From: Paramecium tetraurelia
Lineage: Eukaryota
Assembly (NCBI GenBank): GCA_000165425.1
Contig: CT868096.1
Location: 1 to 64,000, forward strand
Direction of reading: 5' to 3'
Length of the DNA stretch: 64,000 bases
This document shows positions 1-12,850 of the stretch, piece by piece. The translations under genes and the position numbers were made by a program. The first letter of the stretch is position 1, and every line of letters starts with the position of its first letter. Below the pieces are notes generated by a model, which saw only the letters and a list, made by a program, of their open reading frames with translations, searched no databases and was not told where the DNA came from.

Positions 1-953
1 GCATCGTCCCTTTCAATACTGGAAACACATCTCCGGTCAATTAGAAGCTCATTAAAAATTTATCTAAAAAAACCGTTGTTATCTTCTCAATGGTCAGCAT
101 TAAATTAAATTTTTAATTGATATATCATAACCAAATTATGAATATCCATTCTCAATCCTTTAATGTTTCACCTTAATGAAGGAAATCGTCTTTTAATAAA
201 ACTGATAGCTCACCAGAACAGAAACCACAACCGCCACAATATTTATTAATGGAAAATCCATCATATATTTAATCATCAAATTTTGGCTTTTCCTTTCTCA
301 AGTCATAATTCAATTGTTAATAACTCACTAGATCATTCTCAGGATTCCACTCATTGGTCATGAATAAGGAGCGAACCTTCGTCCATCGTAAAGATGAATA
401 ACAAATTTTACAGCACAGAGGCTTGTCATAATCTTATCACCTTATAATAAACATTATTCTAACATTCTGATCGTGTTTTCTTTTGCTCGAATAATTTATG
501 AGTTTCTAAATTTCCCTATTATTTTGTTCAAGCTAATCCAGTTAAGGAGGATTTTTCATCTATGATTATTAAGTCTTCCCCCAACTTATCAATCTGTGCT
601 AAAGTCTTATTGTCTTTCTATTTACAATTCAATATTCTTTTATCTTCTTGAGTTCCTTTAGAGCAGTTATAGTTGAAATCAGGAGAGTGAAAAATACCAA
701 GTTATTTTAATTACTTCAACTTTTAACAGAAATTTCAATTAATAACATTTTTTGATCTTCTTACTCCTTTTTTTAAATTAAAAAATTGTAGTTTCTCTAT
801 TATTCATCTCATTCATATGTTCTAAAATGAGGATTTATTTTTTAAGTTTTTGATAATCCAATAAAAGTTTCTCACTCAATTCTTTCTATTGATCTATACG
901 ATTTATTCTAATAGGTTTTTTGTATCTTAAAATTTATATTATGTGAGAGACAT
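1..953 (-). pseudogene. Decayed gene fragment with Cys motifs (PLCCKIC, CGGCGFC)
   Basis: Protein-like stretches under code 6 (YDKPLCCKICYSSLRWTKVRSLFMTNEWNPENDLVSY...KYCGGCGFCSGELSVLLKDDF) broken by in-frame TGA and frame changes; family not recognised. Confidence 0.3.
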
Positions 954-1071
954 AGCTTTCTTAAAATTATCATAATTGGAGTAATTGAATTAGATGGATT
1001 TCTTGCATATTTAATTGAATTGGGAAATGTTGAAAAAAAAAGAACAAAAATTTTAAATCTTCCTTAACAGT

Positions 1072-4000
1072 TCAATCCATAAAGTTGAAAACAATGAATA
1101 TTTTGTGTACACTCCATAGTTTAATCCGATAGTACCTTATAGCAGGAGAGAAATTGACTGAAGTAACTGTTGATGAATGACCATTTAATTTGGCTTTTTA
1201 TTATCCTGTCTTAACATCCCATAAACGAATAGAGTTATCTCCACTACCAGATGCTAATGTAGTACCATCAGGAGAGAAATGGACTGATAGAATTCCATTT
1301 TCATGACCATCTAATTTGGCTATTTATTATCCTGTCTTAACATCCCATAAACGGATAGAGTTATCTTCACTACCAGATGCTAATGTAGTACCATCAGGAG
1401 AGAAATTGACTGAAGTAACTGTTGATGAATGACCATCTAATTTGGCTTTTTATTATCCGGTCCTAACATCCCAAAAACGGATAGAAAAATCCCGACTACC
1501 AGATGCTAATGTAGTACCATCAGGAGAGAAATGGACTGAATAAACAAAATGCGAATGACCATCTAATTTGGCTTTTTATTATCCTGTCTTAACATCCCAT
1601 AAACGTATAGAGTTATCTTAACTACCAGATGCTAATGTAGTACCATCAGGAGAGAAATTGACTGAATAAACTGCATCAGAATGACCATCTAATTTGGCGA
1701 ATTATTATCCGGTCTTAACATCCCATAAACGAATAGAGGAATCTGAACTAACAGATACCAACGTAGTACCATCAGGAGAGAACTTGACTGAAGAAACTGC
1801 ATCATCATGACCATCTAATTTGGCTTTTTATTATCCGGTCTTAACATCCCATAAACGGATTGACTTATCCAAACTACAAGACGCTAACATATTACCATCA
1901 GGAGAAAAATTGACTGTGTTAACATATCTTGAATGACCATCTAATGAATATATATCATTAATCTTTATTCTCTTCCATTTGCACCCAAACATTTAAGCTC
2001 TATTTAGATTAATTGCATTTATGTTCACATCAGTCAATTCAGATTAGTTTAAATTACTTTGAAAAAAATTTCCTCCAACTATGGAAGTATTTTTGATTCT
2101 TATTTTCTCAAAATTGTGATTAGTTAGATCAATTTACATCTCAACTAATAAATTCAGTGAGTTAGATCCTCCCTATATAAAACTACTTTCAATGGCCGTC
2201 AATTGAACCAGAAATTTCAAAAACTCAATTATTGATACTTCATTTTTTATTTTTTAGATTAAATACTTTCTAGATTCTACATATGTTTCAATAGAATAAT
2301 TATCTAAAAAAAATTCATGTTTATTCAATGTTTTCAAAAGACTTAGCGTTGATTCAATATTTTTTTTAAAAGCATTTACTTTCAAATCTCTAATTAAAAC
2401 ATGAAACTTAATTATTTTCTCTTAATTTATTAAATGTGGTGAATATTCTAACCAATTCTTATCATAATTGTTCTCTTTTGATAGCTATTCTAATATCCAA
2501 TTGAATGTCTGCTTATTAAGTTCTTTAGATACCACTAATACAGAATATAAATCAGCCGCTATATAAAACTCTTGAATTGACTTATGGACAAATTAAAAGT
2601 TATTACCTTTTTATTTGATTAGAGAGCAACTTCTTAAATCCTTCTTATAAGAACCAAATTAATGATCATCATCATTAAAAAATTCATTTTACCACTTTTC
2701 ATCTTCTCTTTCTTCTTAATACAAAAATCCTTATTATTAATATTAAACCTATGTCGTTTATTTTGCACTCATTACTTTCGCAAGATTGATTGAATACTTT
2801 TTTAAGTCATGTAAGAACCTATCAATATGTAATGATTTTCCCAAGTTTCTCTACTTTTCGATTTATTGATGATGATATTAATTAATAAATTCATCGTAAA
2901 AGTCAAAACTTGTAAGATTGAGTTCAGATAATGCATTGCGAACAACTTCGATCATTCTATCTTTCAGAATGCTAATTTTTTAAAATGAATTGTTGAAGTG
3001 TTTAAGGGAGTGTTCGAAAAAGAGATTTTTGTTAAGATTTAATTCTTGAAAGTGGATAGCGATTGAACTTTCTTCCATTTTATTCCAGACCTCAACAGCA
3101 ATTTCAAAGTAATTAATTTTATCCAAGTTTTCCACATCGGTTTAGGTAACCTGTTATTCTTTTTCATTATTATCCTGTTTTTCTTTTTTCATTATTATTC
3201 TGTTATTCTTTTTCATTATTATCCTATTATCCTATTTCATTAATTTATTCTATTTCATTATTATTCTATGCTCTATACTTTTTCTTTTGCCTATTATACT
3301 TTTGAATCAAATAGTTACTTTTGTAAAACTCATAAAGCATAATTGGGAAGTTTTTTAGAAAATTTAATCTCAAATTGATTATCTCTGAGGCCTTCTCCAT
3401 CATTTTAGGCAACACTTAAACTATTATTTCCATCATATAGGGAGTTTCTATCAATCTATATAAATTTATTTGATTCATCATCTTTTCATACTTTTCAACA
3501 CTCCATAGTTTTTATAATTTTACCATTAGATTTCTTAAAGCTTCAACACTTTTTAAATTAAAGAATTAATTAATCTTCAAAAATGATAAAATATTATCTA
3601 TTTCTTTTTAATTCAAAAGAGCTTCACTATTAGCCTTTGTTGCCTCCAAACTCAAACACTATTCAAACAATTTTTCCCAATTAACTTCAAAATTATTGAT
3701 ATCCTACTCTCCTCGGTTTGAAATTTAAGATTACCATTCATATAATTCGTAAATCAACATTTTAATACTTTAAATTGCAAACTTTTTTAAATATTATTTT
3801 ATTTTTTTTAGATTAAATTTTTCAAGCTGAACTTCCTTTAAATTTTCTTTTTTTTCAGGTGCAAACCATAAGGCATAATTAACGCTTGTAAAAATTTCAC
3901 TTCTTGTAGTAAAAATAACAAGTGGGTCTGACCAATTCTATTTGACTTTATTATTCATATATAAATTTTTCTAAATATTCTCTAGTTTCATTTCATCATA

Positions 4001-7000
4001 GCTATCCATTATCAATAACAATCTAAATTCATTTTTCTCTAACATCTCTTTGCATTCTTTTAATTAAAGATCGTCAAAACCGTACTCATCTTGATGAAGT
4101 GTTTCCTCTACTGCTTAAAATACAGGGTTTTTTAAAGAGGGTAAGGAAATATAAATGGGGATGAGAATTCGATTTCTTATTTTTTTATTATTGTTATGTA
4201 ATTTCCAAATAAATTCTTCTATTTTCTTAGCTGTCGTACTTTTACCAGATCCAGCTACTCCATGAATTAATAACACTGTTTCTTTCTCTTCTAATAAAAA
4301 CTCATTCACTTCTCCTTTTGTATCATTAATTTACTCCAAATTTATCAAGATACTCTCCTCTTTCTTTTCGTCTACTATTGCTTTATGATAAATCTCCTTG
4401 GTTTCTAATGGTACGTAAATGGATTTTGTATTCTTAAGTGCAGCTTCTTTCAACACCTTCCATTTTCTAATTTCAAATAATTATTCAACAGATTTTCCTC
4501 TCAAGAATTTAATATCGTTACCTATGTTTTTGAGTTATTCCTTCATTTCATTGATTTTCCCCTCCACTCTAATCAAGCCTTTTCTGATATGATTAACAAA
4601 ATCGGTTAGCAGTCTCAATTATTAACCCATTTCACTAATATTTTTAATGTATTAATCTAATTGCTCTGTTGTTTCATCAAGTTCTTTAAGGCACAGATCT
4701 CGTTTGTTGAGATTAGCCTCATGAGAAATTTATTCTTACAATTCATCAATTCTGCTCAACATTTCCTACATTTCCCCTGCAATTCTATCTTATTAAGTCT
4801 ACCAATCTTTCGATAAAATCTGCATTTACATACTTATCAATTTTTCATTTTTCAAAAGGTTTCTAACTCTTAGATCTTTTTCTTGAACCCATAATTCAAT
4901 TAACTCTTTTTAACAAAATTGAGTAATTTTTTCTGCAAAGCTATGCAATGAAATCTAAATTATTGTTAAAACTAATCCCTATTTAATTTTCCATTCATCA
5001 TTATTGTATTAATCTTTAGAGAATTGATCTTACTGATTGGTTTTAACTTCTTATTCCTCATAATTTTCTTATAGGTATAATATTTTACTTAATTAAATTA
5101 GGTACTCTTGATCAAACTAAATTTCTATGAATTTCCACTTAGACTTCATTAGCTTTTCTTTTGTTTCAGCCATTAACTAATAGAGAAAATGAACAATATT
5201 TATTATTTAAGTATTCTTTTAATCTGATTAATTTTCATCATACAAGTTGATCGAAATTCTTGAAAAGTATTCTTTACTTGATTCTGTTTCATATTATTTT
5301 AAATTCGCAGTTGTGAATTGATATTCCTTCAATTGGTTTAACTGGTTTTAAAAACAACTTAAAAAACCTATATACATCTCCTCATAACATTCTTATAGAA
5401 CATCACGACTTTTAGTAAAATTTTTAACATTTTCAAAGAATTATGCTAACTTTTGCCTGGTTTATCTAGCTTTAATTTACAATAATTATAGAATGTTAAT
5501 AATGATTGATAAATTTTTTCTATTTTGGTTATTAGATTCGTCCTTATCTTCTTCCTTGATCTTATCATATTTTGTTTTTAATTCATTAAATTTTACTTTT
5601 AAATCATTTATTCTTTTTATGATTGGCATTCTAAAAATTTCCAGTTCTTAGTTAATGGAAGCTTTCAATAATTTAACAACATTTTCAACCAGTAATTGTA
5701 TTTATTCTCCTTCCTTGCAATTTTCTTAGTAGTTAATTTTTCTTAATTATTATAGTAATATCTCATACTTTTATCTCTCAATTTTCAATTAATCTTGATT
5801 GAGATTTTTATTTTCAATAATGTTTATTGATTAGTCTATAGAAAAATTTCTTATAAGTGTCATAGTTAAAGAATTAGTTTCTTCAAATAATTCTCCAAAC
5901 TCCTTTTCAATTAATTCTAAATGTATTCTTTCCAAATCAATCATTTTTTCTTCTAAAGTTAATTAAAATATAAGAAGATCTAAACTTCCTTTTAATATTA
6001 TTAAATTATTTTAATAGTCTTGTTATGTAATTTCTAACTTCATTAAATCAGCAATAGCCTATTGGTATATTTAACTGTCACAGCAGATTATTTGTTTTGG
6101 ATAACTCTAAATTACATTAAGAGGAAACCCATCTAAATTGATTTCACCTAGATACTTTAAAAATTCTTATGATGGAATTGAGAATATATTTTAAAAACAT
6201 TCTTTGAAAGTGATTAATTGCGATCTAAGTTTTAAAATATTCAGTCTTTGTTAGTGTAGAAATTAAAATGAAACTTACTAAGAATATTTTTTTTAAATTT
6301 CTTTCAATTATTCAGGTGAAGAAACAGTGTCTATTTCATACTGTAAAATTAGAAATGTCTACAACCTTAAATTTAATTCGTTAAATTAATTTTGAAGTTC
6401 TTAGATCTGGTGTTCATAATAAGAATTAAGGTTATTCAATAAACATTAAAAGTATTAAATTAAGCTCTTCTTTTGAAGTAACAAAATTTCTAGCTCAGAG
6501 ACTTATTTTACAGTTTATTCAATTAGTTTTAGCATGCATTAAGCTTCTTTCAAAAAACTTCTCAAGTTAGGAGTTGCACTAATTAAGGCAATTAGCTTCT
6601 ACTAAAACTTATTTAAGAAAGAAAAATTTTCTTCTGTTAGATTTAGATTTTATAATTACTTCTAAATCTCTTCTAACTATTATTACATCACTTTACTTTC
6701 ATTAGGTTCATTTTTCTTACTATTAAGATCTTAAATTGCTTATGATAATATTTATTCTAATAGTCTCAAAATGTATTTAATCTATTAAAAAATTTAAAAT
6801 TCATTATTTTTTTTCTAATCAAATTATTCTAATTAAAAGTTTTATTTCCTCTTACTTAGCCTAATAATTTTAATGATTTTTAGGGCGTTTTGGAAAAATT
6901 CTTTGAAGTTGAGATTTATTTTTTTTAATTATGAATTATGCTTGGCTTATTCTATTTTGGCATCAAAATACATATTTTATTTGATAAAATTTAAAAAATC

Positions 7001-8359
7001 TTTAACTATGATCCCCAATCTCTCATAATTTTCCTGAATCAAAGCTAGCAATTTATTGGAAATGATGAAATCAAGAAATTGTTAAATTTTGCAGATTGTC
7101 TTTTATTCATCTTTTTAGGGTTCTATACTTCCTAATTTTAATTTTAAATAAGAACCAAATGTGAAATAGATATTATCAGTTTTTTAATTCACTAAGAAGT
7201 CTTTAAGCAACATGAGGTTTTCCCATTCTATGAAAGTGTCCTCTAGTATTAATTTATCAATTTAAGATAGTTCTTTATTTTTAAATTAATTTAGTAAAAC
7301 CAAAGCTTAGTCATTGCTATGATTCAATTACATTAGAAACCCTTTGTTCTGATATTCCTTCCACATGAAATTTGATTTGGCTTAAAAATTGAAGGGGCTA
7401 GTAAGCTGGTTTAATTTTTTTTTTGTTATTAGAGGATGATAAGTTATGATTTTTCCAATCATTTAAATCCACAAAAAATGATTTTTCCAATTACTTTAAT
7501 TTTTCACAAGATTTTCGTGTATTTTATTCATATGTAATAGTATTTCTTCCAAATTCTAGCTGTCATTTTTCAAATTATTTATGATCTCCCATTACAAAAT
7601 ATCTATTTAAAAATAACTTTCATATTATTTTCTATTTTTCTAGACTGTATAATCATCATAAAGCAGAACGGCTCCCTTATACAATGATTTAAACAAATCA
7701 ACACTAGGTTTCATATCAAATATTGAGTTAATGATACCTTCTAAACAACCATGTAAAATATCTTCCCTTTCTTTACCATTATTTGGGGCCATCTGAAAAG
7801 AAGTTTAAGTTAGAGAAAGGTAAAGTTCCAATTATATTTGAATTAAATCATTTTTCTCTATTGACATTTCTTATCTTAATTGATCACAAATATCCAAAAT
7901 TTGATTCTAAGTATCCCAATTTATGAACCTTTACGCTTTTCTCATATGGAAACTAAATATCACTTTAGATAGAGATGCGGATATCCTTAAGATAAATAAA
8001 CTTTTAAATGAATCCGTTCTGATGTAGATTAAACAACTTTTCAATAATTTTTAAATTCCATCTATAATTAAGTTGTATGATTTCATGACCTTTTCTTCAT
8101 TTTTGATGAGTTTGTAAATGTTTTCCTCTTAAAAAATAAACCATTATATGGCTATCATTATTTCTTAGGCTTCTGATTAGTTAGCAGCAACAGTTGCTTT
8201 ACTAGAAATAATTTAGACAATAGAATCAAATCTAGTAATGAAAATATCTGTATCATAAATATCGGACTTTAAGTCTACATCTGTGTAGGGAATTGTTTTA
8301 GTAGATCCACAACCACCTCCACGTAATGTGGATGTTACTTTATCCAATAGGCCTGACAT
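1072..8359 (-). CDS. NACHT (STAND NTPase) + pentapeptide + WD40-repeat protein, NLR-like NWD family, ~2430 aa; one +1 frameshift or cryptic intron near 3190
   Basis: ATG 8359 [21 protein letters not shown]; Walker [10 protein letters not shown] (~4240-4262); Walker [29 protein letters not shown] winged-helix motif; GSNSLNLL plus pentapeptide-like [25 protein letters not shown] repeats; TGA 1072-1074. No intron needed in the stretches I translated except at the frameshift. Confidence 0.9.
1141..1945 (-). repeat. Tandem 126-bp (42-aa) WD40 repeats, 6 complete plus 1 truncated
   Basis: GH codons recur every 126 bp (~1934, 1808, 1682, 1556, 1430, 1304, 1178); consensus [42 protein letters not shown] with very high DNA identity. 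Confidence 0.95.
3151..3270 (-). repeat. Coding minisatellite, ~24-bp unit (QDNNEKEQ), inside the NWD gene
   Basis: Repeated units cag gat aat aat gaa aaa gaa taa on the minus strand, with degenerate copies upstream. Confidence 0.8.
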
Positions 8360-9299
8360 TATTAATAACAATTTAAAATTATAAATCAACGTCAGTATAA
8401 AAATGATTACAACCTAATTTTTTATTATAAAATAATTTTTTCTTTTGAATAATAAAAATTTTCTTTTTATTACAGATATATAATCAAATCTCATATTTTT
8501 ATGTATAGATATTATTTTATAAAGTTCTCCTTTATTTTAGCCCTTCACATTTGTGATTCAATTATTTGAATTTTAAATGCCACTATCAAATTCCAAATGT
8601 AAGAATAGTCAGTCCATTTTATCTTTCTACGAGAGATAGGTAAAACGAAAATCATTTATTATTCTCACTATGATTATCTGAGTTTATTCACCATAGTTTT
8701 TATCAATGAATCATTAATACTAAATCAGTTTAATCTTTCAATTTTTTTATAATAGAGTATGAAATCTTTAAGATAGAGGATTTTTGCTATAGTATGCTTT
8801 ATACCTAATTTTAAAGCATTAGTTTAAACATTTAAATAAAATTACAACTGAGGATTAGATCTTCTTATAATTAACAACTTAATTAATTATACTTTGAATT
8901 TGTATTAAATTATAACTCTTTCTAGACTTATTTTATTCATTAACTCCCTTATTTGAATCATTGAAGATTAATTATGACTTTAAGAAACAAAATGAAGAAA
9001 TTGAACAAGATTTTATCAGCATTGAATGCGTAAAAAGGGTACTTAATATTAATTCAAAGCTTTCATTTTTGATTGCCAAGCAAACAGAATCGATTTAATC
9101 TACAGATTGCCTTATAATTAATAGAAGGAGAAATCTCAAAATATCCTTTATAATTAAAAGTCAAAAGCCAATAACGATAATTATAAAAATTTTTCAAACA
9201 AAATTATAACTCGAAGCTACAATGATAATGTATTCTTAGGTGGTTAATGAGCTGCTTAAAATAACCTTACAATAAAAATAATATTCGAATCAAGTAAGA

Positions 9300-11700
9300 A
9301 ATCAGCAGTTAAACAATTTAGATTGCTACATTTGAATAATATCAATAAAAAGGATTGTCTAAATAATAATTATCATAGCTTTGAGCTTCATCATATTATA
9401 CATTAGCATATAAGATTATCAAGTATTTTATCTTCGAATTTTTAGAGATATTTTTTGACATTTGCCAATTTTTAACCTAATTTAGTTTATATTGAAACAA
9501 TTTATAAATATAAATCTTATCTATTTCCGCCAAATCAATAGAGTTCAAAGAACCTTATAAAGCAGTTTATGATTTGGAGAATTTCTCTTACTACGTTTCT
9601 CAATTTTATATTTTTTATATAAAACCATAGATTTTGCTTTTAATCACTAATATATGATTCATTTCATTTTATCCTAAATTAAGTTATTAACAGAATTCAG
9701 CTGTTTTTCTTTGACTTATCAATCATTCGACAAAGTAAAACCTAACCCAATATTCTCATATTTTTCAAGATCTTTTACCAATTAAAATTGAAATAAATTT
9801 AACTATCTCTCAATATTTTTAGCGGTATTTATAATATAGAGGATAATCTGGCTATTTGGATTAACTAAGTAGTGAACAATCAAATTTATAATCTCATTCT
9901 TTTGGAGCAATATTAATTTAAATATTAGTTAAATAGCAGTTAGTATATCTGAAATATTTCAAATACATAAATCATAGCGTATTCTCAAAATTGTATGATT
10001 AAAAAGTAAAAAAAGCATTTTAGGTAAAATTAATTAAGTTAAAATTGCTAAAAAGAACTTAAGAGATATATGGGTTTGTTCTAAGTGAAGGTTTCATATA
10101 AATCTTAATTGTTAATGAAACAAAATGCCTCAGTTAGTTCTCTTAAATAAAAGGAATTATCACAAAAAAAAGATAAAAAATTCTTTAAATTTCATATATT
10201 AAATAATTTTTCTAATTTTTCTAAACGAGAAATACAGCGTTAGTGCAAATATTCAGTTGGGCAAGATATATTCAAACATAATTACTTAAATATCCAAGTT
10301 TTTTCTTCATACAATGCAATAATTCATCCAATTAAAGCGAGATTTAGTTAACTATTATGATTGGAATAACAGTAGATAAAGTAGATGTGAATTAGGCACA
10401 GAAAACAGTTGAGAAATTTGCCCACTTATTTATATTTTCTTTGAGCAATATTCTCATCAATGAAGTATTGTTTCTAAGAGTTCATGGGTCTCATCCTTTA
10501 TTATATTATTACAAAAACAAACATTTTCAATAGCAAAAAGACCAAAATATATTTTATTTGTATAGCAAACAACAACTTTAAAACTAATCTTGAATTAATA
10601 TTCAAAAATTGTTATAAGCCTATTCAATCTCTAGAACTAATGTAAAGAACGTTTCCTTTTTCTTTTGAGAAACAGATATCTATAATATAAATGGCTAGAT
10701 AGGTTGAATGCGACAAGAAATATCTTCTTAAAAGGAATAGTTATTTAGATAATTATCTTTCCATTTTATTACTAGTTGATAAATCATATTTGCCTTTTGG
10801 ACCTATCTAAAGCCTTAAATGTTTCCTATTGCCACTATTTTTATTTGATATCTAATTTTACTAATTGATTGAAGAACTGAAAGAAGAATTAGGATTAAAC
10901 TAGAAAATAGTAGAATTTGAAAGAATTAAAGATAAACCAATTTTAATCATTTTTGAAAGTCACTAAAGTCTTTGCAATTGCTGATGATCTTGCAGTTACC
11001 ATCTTAATAATAGAGCAGGATTAGTAACAAAGTAATTTCTGGACCAGGCAGAAAGTAAAGTTTCAGAGTAAATCTTAACAACCTAATTATATGTAAAGTA
11101 AAATCTAGATCATGATTCCCTAAATAAATTTGGATGCTTTAGGCTATTTTATATCACCTAGAGTCAACATAACGAACACAGAGAAAAAATTAAACTAATG
11201 AAAACTTCTTATGTGATTAATTAACAAATTTAAGTCGCTTACTCCCACCAAATTGTATTAAACTTCATTTTCACTCATTTGATGAAGAATTTTGACATTA
11301 AAGTAATTAAATGAGATTGCTGTATAGAAGTCGATTAAAAACATCATACACTGGGAAGAGTATTATTGATGAGTTGTGAATTTGGCCTGTAGCCAACAGC
11401 TTGATGAAACAGACTAAGAATTTATGGCAAACTCCTAATATATAAGGAAAATTATTCTAAAGCTAACTAGATTAAAGAATATCGATAATGCAGTGGAAGA
11501 GATCAGAATTTTCTGCTTCAGTAACAAGATAAAGAGGAAGATATCGGAATAATTTGATTAATTGGCCCACCAAACTTCTCTAATCAAATAAAATGAAGTA
11601 AAAAGATTGTTGAAAAATGTAACAATATTGTTCTTAGTCGGCTGTTTATTGAACATGTCCTTCGACATGATCCTGCGCTCTACTAAGATTACTTGACCAT
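9300..11700 (+). mobile_element. Degenerate non-LTR retrotransposon (LINE) ORF2 remnant: APE endonuclease + reverse transcriptase
   Basis: Ordered RT-like motifs: LIFKNCYKPI (~10595, cf. DFxxAxDSI), GPIQS...PLFLFDIQFYQLIEEL (~10799, cf. GxPQG..SPxLFNI), KVFAIADDLAV (~10965-10997, cf. Y/FADD), KVKFQSKSQ, DALGYFI (~11133, cf. YLG). Upstream APE-like traces, some needing a 1-nt indel: IAT(L)N ~9322, YxPP ~9522, FGEF ~9573, TIDFAF ~9624, LS(D)H ~9716. Many stops and frameshifts. Confidence 0.6.
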
Positions 11701-11749
11701 AGAAAGCTACATAATGAATATTCACGGTTTTAAAGACTACTCTTATAAA

Positions 11750-12850
11750 AAAGAGTTGTGCTTCCATTTAAAAACCTTAATGGGCATTTCAACAAAATTG
11801 TTGAATAAATGGATTTTATTCGTAGTGATTGAGGTCCTTTCAGACTAAGAAATAACTTGGTATATTATTGAAAACTTATTACAAGTAGGGAGCTATTTCA
11901 CACAGGCCTGTCGAAATTTTAGATTAGAATTTTTTGTTTCATAATTTTTTATAAGAAGAATTTCAAATATCATATGTGCTGGTAGGGAGCCGTCATAAAT
12001 AGTCAAAGATTTAAGCATCATATTGATCTCTCAAATAATTTGAGGATGTACAAAATCGGCAGAGGCTTATATCCGAATCATTAAGGGGAAATAGCTAATT
12101 TGCAAGTAAATTAGTAATTGAATTATCAACAATTTCCGATTTTGCAAATTGAATAAGTGTTTTTTGAATTCAAAAATCTTACAGGCACAAGTTCATCATT
12201 TGTAAAATTTAAAGTCCAACATGGTGGAAATTTGAATTTTAATAAGGTAACTGTGCTTTTGCTTATTAAATGTAAGCGTGGATGTTAGATGTTATTGTTA
12301 TTTCGGGAATATAAATAGAAGCTTGGCTATATTTAATGCAAACAAGACAAATGATATATACGTGAACAAGTTATTATGACAGAACCGACAACATATCAGT
12401 TGCGACGAACTTGAAGTGCAAGCATCAGCATTTATGTAGGTAGTATTAGACGTTTAACAGTTACATATTTAAACCTGGGAAAATTAGGGATGATCCAAGA
12501 AACATAATATAGGGACACTCATTTATGAAGAGTCTCATTCAATTTAAACATCAGTATATATTGCAAAGAGCAGTTCTATTAAATATAACACAAACAAGGA
12601 CTATAAAATCATAAGTTGATTTTACACAAATTGTTTGCCATATATATTTTGATCCAATTCATAATCAGGCTCACTTTCTTTGCGAATTATGGGCTTGATA
12701 CTGCTCGTCCTAAATTCAATAATGAGGAATGTGCCTACACTTAAGCTCAAAAAATATTGACTTCTACTGTTAATTAGGTGTAAGAAAAGTTAACGCATGA
12801 GGAGAGAAATAACTAGTATCATTAAAATAAGATGGTAGTAATTTTAATCA
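11750..12850 (+). pseudogene. Decayed ORF downstream of the RT remnant (extra ORF of the element or an unrelated relic)
   Basis: Protein-like segments (MYKIGRGLYPNHQGEIANLQVN, KFKVQHGGNLNF, FKPGKIRDDPRNII, YGLDTARPKFNNEECAY) separated by TGAs and frameshifts. Confidence 0.3.

Noticed and set aside
1..200. Possible telomere at the window start
   Set aside because: No C4A2/C3A3 repeats seen; subtelomeric status is only inferred.
1141..1945. Regular repeats with variable inserts resembling a CRISPR array
   Set aside because: Period is exactly 126 bp, in frame, and encodes WD40 repeats in a eukaryotic gene; no cas genes.
6780..6860. Apparent frameshift or intron in the NWD N-terminal region
   Set aside because: Recounting the A-run shows the frame is continuous.
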